Shown here piece by piece: positions 38,601-51,809 of a DNA stretch of 64,000 nt. The stretch is from NCBI GenBank assembly GCA_013239625.1, contig MU053881.1, forward strand, positions 5,665,957-5,729,956, read 5' to 3'. Origin of the DNA: Lama guanicoe. Its lineage: Eukaryota. How positions within the stretch are numbered: position 1 is the first letter of the stretch; each line of letters begins with the position of its first letter. The translations under genes were made by a program, and so were the position numbers. The notes under the pieces are model-generated. The model was not told the origin of the DNA, did not search any database, and saw nothing but the letters and a program-made list of their open reading frames with translations.

Positions 38601-39818
38601 TCAAAAGTTTTTTGTTATGTTAATTGTTTTCCATATTTTTACAAGTATTATTTAGGTCATTAAATGGTTAGGTAGGAAACTTTGGGGAGATTATTACTTT
38701 TCTTCTTTGGGCTTTAGTTTCTTCACTTCTAAAATCAGGGGGTAAAGTTTGGGCTAATTGGTCTTCCAGTTCTAGCAGTCTGTGATTCTTTGATTTATTG
38801 AATGTGAAAAGTGGGCCCCCCCGCTTTTTTTAAGTTTTGGATTTCAAGTTATTAACAGAATCTAATCAGGATACAGTACCTTGTGCCGCCTTGGTTTTTT
38901 TTTTACGCTTTGAGCAAATACACATTAAACCTTGCAGAGGGAACCTGTTTTTACTGAGTAAATGAAAATTGATTTGCAGATGAGCTTTGATGTTAATTTA
39001 GTGTTAGCTGCTGAATGCAAGTGTAATCCTTAAACTATTCTCAGATCTGAGAGATTCTGTAATTTGGATAATGACAAAGATTCCAAAACAGAAACTTAAA
39101 TTGAACTATGAAGATGTTGGGAGTTCTTAAATTAAATAATCTGTCATCTCTGTATACATATGTAACGTGTTTGGGCCTTTTCTCTGTCCTAAACATTTTG
39201 CTAGGGATTTCTGGATAGAGAGTTTGTGTTTGGCTAGAGTCAAACAGGATTAACTTCTCGTCCTAATTCTGCCATCAGTTAGCCCTTGTTCTCTTGCACC
39301 TTGAACAGGTTTCTATCTCAAAAAATCAAGCGCTGTTTTCCTGATCTTTGGTTTCCCCATCTGCAAAATGGAATAACAATAATTGTCTTAGAAGGGTTTT
39401 TGTGAGTTTACTATGTCAGCTGCCTAGCATGTAACAGGAGCTTGATTAATGACAGCAGTTTTCATTATGTTATACAGATATTTATTCAGCATCACCTTTT
39501 GTGGCACTCTGAAGGTACTGGGGTGACACAATGTGTGTGCCTGGAGTATCAGTCATATACTTCTCCTGTACTGGCCGTGGGGAGCTTTGAAATAAAAGCA
39601 CACTGTTGGAAATGTATTTTCATTGTTACCAAAAACTTGCTCAGCTTTTATTCCATTTGAGTCCTCTGGTTTTGTATTCTTTAAATGCCTTTTCTAAATA
39701 CTCTCAATACTCCAGTTACGTTGTAAGTGACGTGTAACTAGAAGGTGGCAGATGCTGAATAGGAAGGAACCCAGGTCTGTCTGATTTCAAGCATAGTGGT
39801 CTTTGTTTACATTATAGT

Positions 39819-39941
39819 TGGGGTGACCGTAGAATTTATCTACCAAACGAGAACACTGCTGAGAGTGAAAGATATGTGAGAGTGAAAGCTGGGACCAGCA
39901 TAAACCTGGACTATCCCAGGAAAGTATGTTTAACCATCCTA
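39819..39941 (+). mobile_element. MER94-like hAT-Blackjack MITE
   Basis: 'ggggtgaccgtagaatttatc...gagagtgaaag...taaacctggactatccc...catccta'; 8-bp TSD ATTATAGT (39811-39818) / ATTATAGC (39942-39949). Confidence 0.8.
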
Positions 39942-41081
39942 ATTATAGCTAGAATAAACAAGTGCATGAGGTTGGGTCTGAGACTTCTGGAGTATTTTGG
40001 TTGAACCCAAACACCCACCTTCAGTTTTTTGGGTTTTTTTTGGTATGATTGTTGATTTTAACAGAGTAAATTAATTGACCTTAAGTCTGAAAAAGTAATG
40101 ATTGAATACAGTAAATAATCTAATGGTTTAAAAATACTAGCTATAATGCATATGTTCATTTTTGTATTTTACTTTTTTCTGAATTCCCTTAAAAACGAGT
40201 AAGCTCTTAAAAGAGAATGGGAATGGTTAAATGAAATAAGCTTTTAATTCTTACTTGTGTCAAATGAAAGCAAAGTCCAAAATGAAAATCATGACGTTCT
40301 AAAGTTTTTTCTTTGGGAAGGCAGAGATGTGATTGACACTCAAAATTAGATGTGTTTTATCAGCTCTTTTATTTCCTGTATCTATCAGTCTTTCACTCAT
40401 CTTTCTTGTTCTTTTTGCTCTGTGTCTAGGTTTCCTATAATTTTATTTAGGAAAGTGCAAAACTGTACCCAGATGATAAAATTTCAGGTGATCAAAGTTT
40501 TTACAACAGAGGGAGGCATCATAGTCTTGCGGAATGAATGTGGGTTTTAATAGCAGCAACCAAGGTTTGAAAGTCTGACTGTCCCCTCTTTTGCTGCGTG
40601 TCCTTGGGCAAATGACTTACCTCTGAGCCTCAGTTTCCTGACACTGTGGTGTGGGAATTCGAGAACACATTTAAAGTGCCTGACACATAGCAGGTGATGT
40701 AATGATGGCAGTTATAATCATATGACAGACCAGAAACCACTACTTTCTGAGAGTCACAGTCTCACCACTAATCTTGTTTTGTGCTCAAATTTTACAGTTC
40801 CCTTTAGTGGGTTTTCATTTAAACATTCTCTCTCTCCCTCTTGGTTCTGTTCACTGTATCCTGAGGAGTTAGTGGTTGGCAGCAGAAACCTCCTCTCCGT
40901 AGGACAGAAAGTGGGCCCTCTCCCAAGGTTTCAGTAAGTTCTGTTGTATTACCACCCCTGACCTCCAGACTGCCAAGGGTGCACCCCCAGCCCAACTAAC
41001 ATTCAAGTTGCCTGTGTGAAGGAGTGATTTGTTGCGGCCTCTAACTGCTTCTTCTCTTCCTTCCTTTTTGTCATCCTGCAG

Positions 41082-41183
41082 TGTTCTGTGCCAAGGTCTT
41101 TGTGGCTAGGCTGCGCCAACCTGGTAGAGAGCATGTGCGCACTGAGTTGCCTGCAGAGCATGCCCAGTGTCAGATGTCTCCAG
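41082..41183 (+). CDS. FBXW11: FBXW11 coding exon 2 (102-nt in-frame cassette exon)
   Basis: Phase 0-0; encodes [34 protein letters not shown], which follows MEPDSVIEDKTIELM in the long FBXW11 isoform; acceptor ctgcag|, donor CAG|GTGCCT. Confidence 0.96.
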
Positions 41184-44100
41184 GTGCCTCTCTTCTTTCT
41201 TGTTGTAAATGTGTTTTTTACGTATGCCATGAACATTTGTTGAAACTTGCAGTAGTGTGTTTAATCCAATGTTAAGTCTGCTAAATGTTCTGTGTAACCC
41301 TCTGCTTTCCTCTAGCCTGGGTGCCTCACATGGAGGAGTTCATACCAAGAGGGGCCCTTCTGAGCAAATGGGTCTTTGGCTGGGCCCTGTTCTGCTCCTC
41401 TTTTTCTGCTCCTGCTTTTTATCCAGCCCCTCCCCCCTTGAAGCTGTGATTCTCACGTTGAATAGTGGTGTATGTGCCCCCAAAGCCTTGACAATCTCCA
41501 CTTGGCTACTTTTAACAGTTCTTTGTTGAGTTGGGAGGGTTTCATAATTAAAGTAGTGGTTTTTCTATTTTGAAACATCCTTTTGGCCTGCTTTCTCTCC
41601 CTCCTTCCATAAAGGAGTGGAGAGAGAATCACTAATGGTATAAAGCCTCAAATTGAAATTTATAAAATCACAGCTTTATGCTGCCAATGGCTCAGTTTGG
41701 GCCACCCCCCTAAAGGCCAGATCTGACACCTGTCCTCGGGGTCCACCCAGTTTTCCAGGCCGAGGCTGGCAGAGAATTTCACAGATAAAAGTAAAACTCT
41801 TTTTGGGGTGTGGGAGGGGTTGCTCAGGAAAAAACTGTTAGCAGGAGTGCAGCTGGACTGACTCACTTGTTGGGATGGATTCTAAGGGCGCCAAGGCAGA
41901 AAACATTGCGGCTTTATTGGGGAAGCTCTGTTTAGAGAAAGCATGAATTTAATTAAGTATGGTTTCAGTAGTAATACTCAGTTTTCATCACTGTATATTC
42001 CAGACAGTTTGATGTATCTTTTAAAAGTAATATTGAATTTGTGGCATCCTGTTGAGACTGCCCTGTTTTAGGAAAATGCTGTAGAGTCAGGAAATGAGTT
42101 AGATGTTATTAATGGTGTGGGTGACTTTACTGTCCTCAAGGTTATCTTTCTATTCATGTTTACAGTCTTTGAATGGAACTGGGGAGTCAGGAAGGAGGGA
42201 AATTTCCTTCACATTGGAAATGTGCTTTTTATTTACTTACGAGCAAACATTCTGAGCAGCAGTGGTGTGGTTATTGATTCAGATTGCTTTCTTTAGAAAA
42301 CTGTACTAGAACCTCACTAACAGCTAATTAGAGACTGAATTCAGTATAAGATCCAGTTGTCTTAGAGTCTATTTAAAATTTGGGTTACAACTCTTAGGGT
42401 CCAGGGATTGGCTGTTTCAGCGATGCTCCACTGTAATGTATATTTATCTCTGGGAAAGCAGCTTCCTTGCATGTGATGTAACTGTAACAAAAATGTTCTT
42501 GAAATAGCAAACATTACTGCATGTGCTCTCCTTGGTGCTAAACAATGAATATTTGCATTATGGTAGTAGTGTACATCTTTATCTCAATTTTTCTGAAAAT
42601 GATTACTTGAATGTTATAGTAGCCGTTTAGTGGACTGATCCAGTCTTTTTTTTTTTTTCCCAGAAATTTAAGCAGGGGAAAAATTGTAGTTGTTAATGAA
42701 GTCTAGAAGTGTGTATTCTTTATTTTTATTGCATTCAGGTAAAAGCAGTTGACCAATGGAAGGCATCATTCAGTTACAGAATTGTGAATTCTCTGGAGGT
42801 GGGGGTGAGTGGGAGGAAATATGGGTTCCTACCTTGTTGAAAATGGAAACGTAAAATGTGTTAAAAGTTCTTTGACTCATCTCTCCCAGTGAAAATCATT
42901 AAAGAGAAAAAATGTAAACTTTGCCTTGATTGGACCTTGAAATAAGGTGAAATATTGAATGATATTCACTGAAGTGTGAATGGAACAAATACTGTCTTCA
43001 GAGGTGTATTAGGGAATTTTGTTTACTTAGGTTTTAATGTTCTTTAGTTTGTGACAGAGTATGCAGCACAGTAGAATGAAATATGTATTCAGCTAATTGA
43101 AACTAGCAAGTCATGACTCTATTTTGTTCCATTTGTGAATGCAAAGTAAACATATATAAATGAACCTGGAAGACTTCCTTTCTCTCTATACTCATTGTTT
43201 TTACATATTATTTTAATGCTAGATTTCTCCTCTCAACCTCCAGTATCCAAACAGTGCAAACAAATTTAGTGACTTAATTTGGGTTTGGGCTTTTTCAAAG
43301 AATGCCTGTTGCTTATTAATGCTACAGCGTAGGTTTATCACAAAGATGACTTTTGCTTGACATTGTGTCTCTTAGCAAATCCATTTCAAGAAGGCCCCAG
43401 AAGAGAAGGAGCAGGCTGCCTGAGAAGCCTGGTTGACTTTGCTTGGGCTCTGGAGTTGGCACAAAAGGGCCTCCCTTGAAATTACCACACTGGACCCATG
43501 AACATTTGCAACTTTGGCCAATTAGCCTGTCTATATAGTTGAATTAGTGTCCCTTCTGGAAAGCAGGAGTAGAGATAGTACTGTAGTTGCCCTTAGGCGT
43601 AATGTAATCCCTCTAGTGTCTGCCACCTGTGAGAAGGGAAAAGGAATAGTAAAGACTTAAAAAATAAAAATCACTTACCACCAACTGTGCTTGGTGCTGC
43701 ACATACATTAGCTTTGGACAGCCCTGTGCGGTAGGTGTTACTACTTTCTTTCAGATGTAGGAACTAGGTCTCAGAGGTGATATGTGTGATTGGACCCAAG
43801 TTAATATCTACGTAGCTGTGACGTGGTGGAGCAAGCCACCCAAGATTTGCATGATTCCAAAAGCGATCTTTCCTTCCCTCTACACTGGAATCCCACTATT
43901 TCTAAAGTTTTCCATTTTCCTTTGGTGAAAACTTTACTACTGAGATATCTGGTGTGTGGCTTGTCTAGTCATTATTTGAAAATACAAAATGAAAACCCTG
44001 CCAAATACCTATAGGGGAAAAAAATTGCATTCCCTTTGTCAAAAGGAGCCCTCCTGAATCATAAAGCCAGTGAGGCTCCCGAGTGGTTTTTCTGCAAGTT

Positions 44101-44257
44101 TAATTCCATGAATATTTACTGAGCATTGGGTGTGTGCTAGGGCCTAGACTGGTGCTGGGCATGTAAAGATGAGCAGCACAGACTTGTTCCCTGCTCTCAA
44201 GGAGCCCACTGTGGTAGCAGACCTGTGAACAAAAATCCAGACTGAACCACAAAGTAA

Positions 44258-44260
<3 letters not shown>

Positions 44261-44294
<34 letters not shown>
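44261..44294. repeat. (TG)17 microsatellite
   Basis: Perfect TG run. Confidence 0.95.
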
Positions 44295-44299
<5 letters not shown>

Positions 44300-45239
44300 A
44301 ATAAAACTCTGAAATTAGCCAAATATATCTATATACACGCACACACTTAAAAAAATGTGAATCAGTTTGAACTAAGACTAACCCTCAACATTTTTTAGGA
44401 CAGTGGAACTGGAATATCTGGATGTCTCTGAACTAAGCTGAAATGAATCAGTGTTTCATTTGGTTCAGATATCCAGATCCAACCAGTTGATTGTTACATC
44501 ATACAATTAAGAGTTCAGACCGTATGTGTTTGTATATATGTTTGTATTATATGTGATAATATAATTATCATATATGTATCATATATATGATAATGTATAT
44601 ATGTATTATCTATATATAAATATATATATCATTTTTTTATTTTTTTATGTGTTAGGCTCTAGGCACTAGGTTATCTGATTTAATCCTTTATGGAGAAGTT
44701 ATTTATCATTTTTTTTTTGTATATGAAGTTATAGAATTGAATTTGCTTGTCCAAGGTTACACATTTATTTAAGTGGCAGAACTAGATTATGAACCTAGGT
44801 CTGGATGACTGCAAAGCCTGTGCTCTGGTACCACGCTGTAGTGATTTGGCAACTGCCATTTTGGGGTCGAAACAAATTCCCCTTTATTTTTAGCATTAAA
44901 AGTTGAAAGCTAACACACCTGGAATGTGGAGGTTCCTTGTAGTGAACTGACAAGTCTTGGGAATGCCATTTCCAAGTGGTCAGCTGGGGAGAGAGTTAGT
45001 GGTAAGCCTTTTTTTATGAGCGGGGCTGATTACTTGGAATGACAGCAAGGATCATGAGTCAAGTTTTAGTGCCTCCCTCTTAGCTGGGCGGAAATTAATA
45101 GAACTTCTTGATAGCTGCCTTCCTTATTTTCTTGCTTTTCAGCATGTATAGTCAGCCACACAGGTCTGAGAATGCTACAGGTGGAACTTATAGCTACCAA
45201 CATCAACGTGAGAGGATTTTTTTTTAAAAAAGAGAGATC

Positions 45240-45450
45240 ACTTGGTAGAAGGAATCCTGGTTTTGAAGCAGACAAACCTCAGTTCTAGACTTCTGCCTGC
45301 TACTTAATAGTTTTGTGATGCTGGGCAGGTTACTTGACTTTCTTGATCCTCAGTTTCCTCATCCTTAAACTTATTGGTAGTTCTGTCTACCTACAAGGTT
45401 TTGTGAAGTAGAGGAAGATAACAGCTACACCTTACTATGCCTGCTACTGA
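45240..45450 (+). mobile_element. MIR SINE
   Basis: 'tacttaatagttttgtgatgctgggcaggttacttgactttcttgatcctcagtttcctcatc'. Confidence 0.8.
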
Positions 45451-46289
45451 GGGAACGAAAATCCGTTTCTTCCCCTGCTTGCCCCTGGTTCCCTATGCAG
45501 GAAGAGGGAGCTCCAGTCTGAGTCCAGAGCAGGATAAGGGAAGATAAAAGCTTGGGCATTTAATACAGCCCCTGTTGTCAGGTGTTTTGTTCGGGGCTGT
45601 CTCCTCAGGTCAGACATGGCTATGCCAACTCACTGCCTTTCTCTTTTTCCTAATGAGCATTGGGGGTTTATCACTTCTTGTTCGTTATTCTGTTGCACTC
45701 TAGGGCCAATAATGTGAAGGCTTGGAATACCCTTTTGGGTTGTTCAGTGGTAGAGTGTAATATTATATGAACATTAAAAAACGCCTTTTTTTCTCTTTAC
45801 AAGAAAGTTTACTAGACATAGTTAAAAAAAATCCATTGGTAACCTCACCACCCAGAGAGACCATCTGATGCTATTTTAAGGTCTTTCTTCCTCCTGTCTG
45901 TTGAGCAGGAGGAGAATCCATCAAATTTTGCAGGTTCTTTATGTTATTATAGTGATGAGAATAATTATAGAAGTGGTGTTTTAAATGTCCCATAGAGCCC
46001 CAGAATTTGACTTTGGAGTCACTAAAGGGATAAAGGAGGGCCTAGAATAATGTGTCTTCCACTTCTACTCACCTGGAGTAGCTCTGGATTTATTGCATGA
46101 TATAGCCTGGCTCTTAGTAAGGTTATTTGTGGAAAGTTCTATTAGGGAAATTTCCAAACCCACACAAAAATAAAGAGAACCATTCAATTTAACCTTGAAC
46201 AGTTTTCAGATTATGCTATTTTTAGTCCAACTTTCTCCTTTTCCAACTTTGTTTTTTCCTTGGGCACTTAAAAACAAATCTAAGGTGGC

Positions 46290-48270
46290 TTTTTTTTAAA
46301 AAAAAAAGAGGAGTTTGATGAATTACTGTTTTATGTCAGCAAAAAAAGTTATAAGCAAGGTTCAAAGATAGTATAAAAGACATGTAAAGTTTCATTTGAC
46401 CCCAGGTCTCACTTCCCAGAGTATCACTTACCAGTTTCCCATTATCCTTTTAGACAAAAGCTTTAAAAATACAAATAGAACCATATTATATGTATTATTT
46501 TTCAGTTAATAACATTTTTAATTATTAAGATGTTGACCATTTTTCCATACCAGCATATAAAACCATATAAATCCTCCTCTTCTACAGATACAATAATATT
46601 TCATCGTACTAGCTTTATCATTAAAAAATATACATCCTGTTCTCTATTAAAGGAACTTCATAGGCTTCAGTTTTTTTCTGTCATGGCATTTTGCTAATTT
46701 CAGTGAACATACGTCTTTAGACTTGCATGATTATATCCATAGAATAAATTCCTAAAAGTACAATTGCTTGGTCAAAGAATATCAGTGTTTTATTACAAAT
46801 TATCCTTATACAGAAAAGTAATAATCTTTCATGTTCAATCCTCCCCACCCCACTTCCACACGCCAACCAAATGTTAACAGTTAATGTTGTTTATCATTGC
46901 ATATTTGGGGTTATTTGTTCATAGGAGGATACGAAGCCCTACAGTTACAGGAATTTTCCCTAATTTTTTAATAGAGAAAATGGGCTCGCGCTAGAAAAAC
47001 CACACTCCAGCTTCCTTCATTTCCTTAATTTCCTATTACAGATGTGTCCCCAGATTTTGTAAAGTCTAACCCTTTCACCAGTGGGAATTTCACCAACTTG
47101 TATCATCCATAGATTTGGGACATTGAGGGAGAGGAGTATATTTTTTTGTTTGTTTGTTTTTGTTTTTAAATTACAGCTTACCTATAGAGAGTGCAGAAAT
47201 CTTAAGTGATTTGTCACAAAGTGGGCAGTGATTTATTTTGGTAAGTGTGGATAAATTGTATTCATGGAGGGTGGACCAGTGTATAATCCAGCTCATTGTC
47301 ATAAGCTCTAGGTATCATTTTAAAATGTTTAAAATTTACTGTAAGAATAATACTAAAAATAACCTATACTTGTTCAAGATTAATCTGATAATAAAAAGTG
47401 ACAAATAGTAACACAAAGAATTAAGATTTTCTACCATTATTTTAAATCACTGCGTAACATTCTGTTTAATAGGTACATTTCTGATTTTAAGAAATCCTCC
47501 CCTGTTACCAATATTTGAGACATTTTAAGCCATTTTGAGTACAACATCATGGTAGCTAAGTCTTTGTATTCTCCTGAGATTATTTTTTTAGGTGAGAGAC
47601 TGTGCACATCAAAACACTTTAGATTGGTAAATTGTGCTTTTGACAAACTGGCTCAGATTATACTCCTAAAAGCAGTGGATAAGAGATTCCCTTTTTATAT
47701 GCCCTAGATGGCATCGGATAGTTTAATTTTTACATTTCTTTGCCATTCTGACAGATGAAAATTTTAAAATAATATGTTGTCATTGTAGTGAAAATTTATT
47801 TGCTACTGAAGTAGAATATTATATATATGCATATTTATTTATTGGCCATTTCTATTTCTTGTTTTATGAGTTATCTTTATACCTTTTCGTCATTTCTCTA
47901 AAATGACTTTTTAAAAAAAAATCTGGTTTGTAGGAACTCTTTTTATGTATCAAATAGAGTAACTGTCATTCACTGCAGATGTTTTCCCCAGTAGGACATT
48001 TGCCTTTCAGTTTTGTTTATAACGCTTTGTGCCTTGAAGAAAGTTTCGGAAGAAATTTTTACTTTATATGTAATCATACTCGTTCCTTTCCTTTACCATT
48101 CTTCTAGTGGTTTATGGCTTTATGTCTTATATCTAAATCTTTCAGTTTCTCTGTAATATATTTTGGTATATGCTATGAGTCAGGGATCCACTTTCTTTCT
48201 AAATGGCCTGTCTGTTTTCTGCATACTATTGACTGATCTAGCTTTTCTCTTTGATTTGAAATCACATGTT
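46290..48270 (-). mobile_element. Heavily decayed L1ME-type fragments
   Basis: 'gaataaattcctaaaagtacaattgcttggtcaaag', 'ttgccattctgacagatgaaa', 'tttattggccatttctatttctt', 'ggtatatgctatgagtcagggatcc'. Confidence 0.65.
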
Positions 48271-49329
48271 CATGTTTCATTTCCTTGTATCCAATGACGC
48301 CTACTCACAGAAGTCTTTTTCAAGCTTTTGTTCTTTAATTGCCTAGTATCATCATCTGTTACCAACCTCTATAGGGTTGTTGTGTTGAGTCCACACTGTA
48401 TCATGCTGTCTTGTATATATAATTTCTGGGTTCAGAGTGTGTTGTTAATGATGATAAGCTTTGTAAGTTCACAAGTTTGAAATGCCAAACAGAAAGATTC
48501 GTTTTAGCATTTTTCTAAAGAAGTGATTTCCACTGTTTTCACTATGAATTGAAAAATTTTTTATTATCTCCATGTCATATTTTCTGAAAACAGGATAACT
48601 TGGTGATCTCAGAATTTGAAGCAGCAGAAGAGCAGCAAGTAAATTCATATCTGGAAAAAGTTCTAATGGTGGTACAATGCCTGGCATATAATACTAGCTA
48701 GCACTCAAGAAATAGCACTTTATTAACATCATTGCTCATGTACATATTTTTAGACACTCAAGAAATCACATACATTTCCCATGGAAGAGAGCCTCTGTTA
48801 TGGGAAAATGAAAACTACACCTTGTTTTACTAACGGTTTTAATTTATGGTTTCCAAAACAGTGTACGTGATGGATAAGGTTTAACAGTATACAGAACTTG
48901 AGGATAGGGAAGTTGATAAATGGGATTCAGACCACATTAGAAAATCCCTTTTTACTTTTTCAACAGAAATGACATGATCTACCTCATATTACAGGCATTT
49001 ATTATGTTGCTTGTAAAAATGCTGCTTTTATATATTTCTGTTGATTTATATTATGTTTATGAAAGTAACAGTTTTTTATTGCAAAAATTCTAGGCAATAA
49101 AGAAGTATAAAAAAGAAATTAATCATTCAGCCATAATCTCACTTCATTTCAGTGTCCATTTTTTTCTTCTTGACATTTTATATATGTATATATAATTTAT
49201 TTATATATAGTTTTTTTATACGTAGGCTCATACTTTATACTGAATTGTAACTTGATTTTTTAAAAATATGGTTTATACTAGTAAACTTAGGTGTACTGTA
49301 CATTTTTCATAACTGTTGAGTTTAATTGC

Positions 49330-49570
49330 CTGAGTCTACAATAACACTTAGGGCCAGACACATTACTAAGGCCTTTCCCATACATTCTGTTTCTTAATCC
49401 TCTGAACAACTTCATAAACAGCTTTATAAACTAGGCTCTGTTTTATGCATGAGGAAATTGAAATTCAGAGAGCAAGAGCTGGTGACTGGCCTCAGAGCGC
49501 ACAACTGCTAAGTGGCAAAGCCAGGATTTAAACCTCGTCTCTCTAGTTCCAGTGTCCCTTACTGCCTCTG
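49330..49570 (-). mobile_element. MIR SINE
   Basis: 'ttaatcctctgaacaac...atgaggaaattgaaattcagaga...ctaagtggcaaagccaggatttaaacc'. Confidence 0.8.
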
Positions 49571-50096
49571 AAAGTAGAAACTATTTTCATAAAGATGAGT
49601 GTCTGTATTTTAAGTTGTAAATAGAGTTTGCTAAATCTTCGGACAATTCTGCAGTAGGAATGCTATTTATGTTGTTACACCAGTAGCCTACCCGGTCAGA
49701 TTTCTCTTCTTTAGGGGCCTTCTCTGGCCGCCCAGTCTAAAATAGCCGCCTGTCTTATTTTGTCTTCATAGCCCTTAACTCTACCTGAAATTATATTCCA
49801 TGTTTGTTTCTTCTCTCCTGTCTGTTGTCTTTCTCCCTGATCAGAATCCCAAGTTCCATGGGTCATACCTTAATGTTCACTGCGTGATAAATTCACCTGT
49901 TTCTAGAATAGTTCCTGAATAAGCAGAATGAACTTTGTGTGAAGGAATGACTGTCTCTAAGCTTGTTAGGATGATACGGTGTAGTGATACTTGCTGTCAG
50001 AGCCAGAACTTAGTTCTCTGAGTTCTTTGCATCCAAGTATTCAAGTGAGTTGAAGGAGTACCTTGAGTAAAAATTGATTATGTTTTGAAGACTTAA

Positions 50097-50295
50097 CATT
50101 GCACAGGGGACTATATTCGATACCTTGTAGTAGCTTATGGTGAAAAAGAATATGAAAACGAATATATGTATTTCATGTATGACTGAAGCATTGTGCTGTA
50201 CACCAGAAATTGACACAACATTGTAAACTTACTATGTTTCAATGAAAAAATACAAAGAGCAAAACACAAACCAGAAAACAAACAAACAAAAAACA
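50097..50295 (+). mobile_element. Younger cetartiodactyl-type L1 3' end, 5'-truncated, sense orientation
   Basis: 'gcacaggggactatattcgataccttgtagtagcttatggtgaaaaagaatatgaaaac...tgctgtacaccagaaattgacacaacattgtaaac' plus an A-rich tail. Confidence 0.8.
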
Positions 50296-51334
50296 CTAGC
50301 TTCTTGTATTTTTTTTCACTTAAAAATAATCTTTCCTGATTATAGAAGTAATTTGCATGTTGTAGAATGTTAGGATAAAGGTAGAAAGACAAGGGAGAAA
50401 TGATCTTCAACTTAGGGAGTGCCATTTTTGATATTTTGCCGTGTTTTCTTTGAGTTTTTAAGCTATGCATATGCTTCACATAGTTGAGAAAATTATATAT
50501 ATAATCTTATATACTTTATATGCTTTGTACACTTATTCAGGATGATTGTGTTAATGCTTTCCTATTAAAATTTTCTCATAACATAATTATAATTTGAAAT
50601 TACTATGTAATGTATTTCATGAATACCTCATAATTTGTTATTTTTCCGAGTGCTCAGAATCTTCATTTTTAATTATTAAAAACTAATCCCCATCTTTGTG
50701 CATAAATCTTTGCCTTCATTTTGAGTTACTTAGAATATATTTCTGGGAGATATACTGTATATGTCTTGTCACATTACTTTCCAGAGGGGTTGCATTTCAT
50801 TGTACCCTCACTAGTATTGAACATTGTTACTTTGAAAAAGTTTAACAGGCCTGATCTGTGTGATTCAGTAGTATATTCTAAATTCGCAGGCCTCTTCACG
50901 GACGGCAACTCTCTCCTCTGAGCAGCTGAGTATATGTTGAGTCAGCTGAGGCATGGCCTACTAAAAGAGGTCTAATACTGCTGGATATGCTTGGCCAAGG
51001 AAAAGAACTCCAGAGACATTTTCAAACACAGAGCAGCTGTGCCAGCCTATTCCTTCTTATTGAATTGCCTGGGTGCTGTGACTAGAATTCAAAATTGAGA
51101 TCATTCAGGTTGGATGAGGTTATTCAGGAAATACTTAAGAAGGCATAGAATCACCCTTACGTCTTGTACATTTTGACTGACTACCTACTGTGTGCCATGC
51201 ACTATGCTACGGCCTGGTAGTACGAGAACCAGCTGCCCATCTTTGTAGACAGATTACAAATGAAAACTCTTTACCCTAATATAAGGAATATTCTTTCTTC
51301 CCCCTCCTCCCTTTAGAAAAAACACAGGTCACCT

Positions 51335-51690
51335 ACTGAAGTCCTTGTAAAATCTCATATTATAGGATGCTTCCTGGCCATTTAATTTGGAGTAAAAGGC
51401 AAGTGTTAATCCTTCATCTGTAAAACAACAGGAAATGGAAAATTAAGGATTAGTGTAATGCTAACCAGAAGAAGCCATCACCTAATTCATTTCAAAGGAA
51501 AAACTTTCCCGAAAGAAACCTTGCCCAGAGGGATCTGGTGGGGTTCACAGGACAGAAGTGGATGGATGAACCTCTGATTGTCAGCTGATAGTGAGTGGCT
51601 TGGGGAAGACCCTGAGTCTGTAGTGTCCTCAGTCAGTATAGTTTGAGATGTTTGCTAAGATCATCTGACACTGGTTGTGAAAACGACACA
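51335..51690 (+). mobile_element. Fossil pogo/Tc2-family (DDE_1) transposase fragment
   Basis: One frame gives KTTGNGKLRISVML (51422-51463), LIHFKGKTFPKETLPRG (51482-51532) and IV*DVC*DHLTLVVK (51638-51682); a shifted frame gives WMDEPLIVS***VAWGRP (51559-51612). These are collinear with pogo DDE motifs. Confidence 0.72.
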
Positions 51691-51809
51691 AAAGATTTTG
51701 GCACATTTTTCCTAGGGATGTGACCCCACAATTTGAAGTACTGGGTATTAATTATTGCAAACCAGCCATTGAAAGATTTCTTTTTATTGATTTTTGAGGC
51801 CATCTCAAG

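Larger units (their letters stand above)
6091..41081 (+). other. FBXW11: FBXW11 intron 1 (~35 kb)
   Basis: GTGAGT donor, branch-point match CTCTAAC at 41039-41045, long pyrimidine tract and CAG acceptor at 41079-41081. Confidence 0.9.

Noticed and set aside
41081..41275. ORF-track entry [10 protein letters not shown]... over exon 2
   Set aside because: Wrong frame; the true exon frame starts at 41082 (CSVPR...).
41296..41365. Good acceptor (tctgctttcctctag, 41315) just after exon 2
   Set aside because: In-frame TGA within 16 codons and no convincing nearby donor; too little support.
45737..45757. tRNA-like 'gggttgttcagtggtagagt'
   Set aside because: Only an A-box-like 20-mer; no B box, cloverleaf or SINE body follows.
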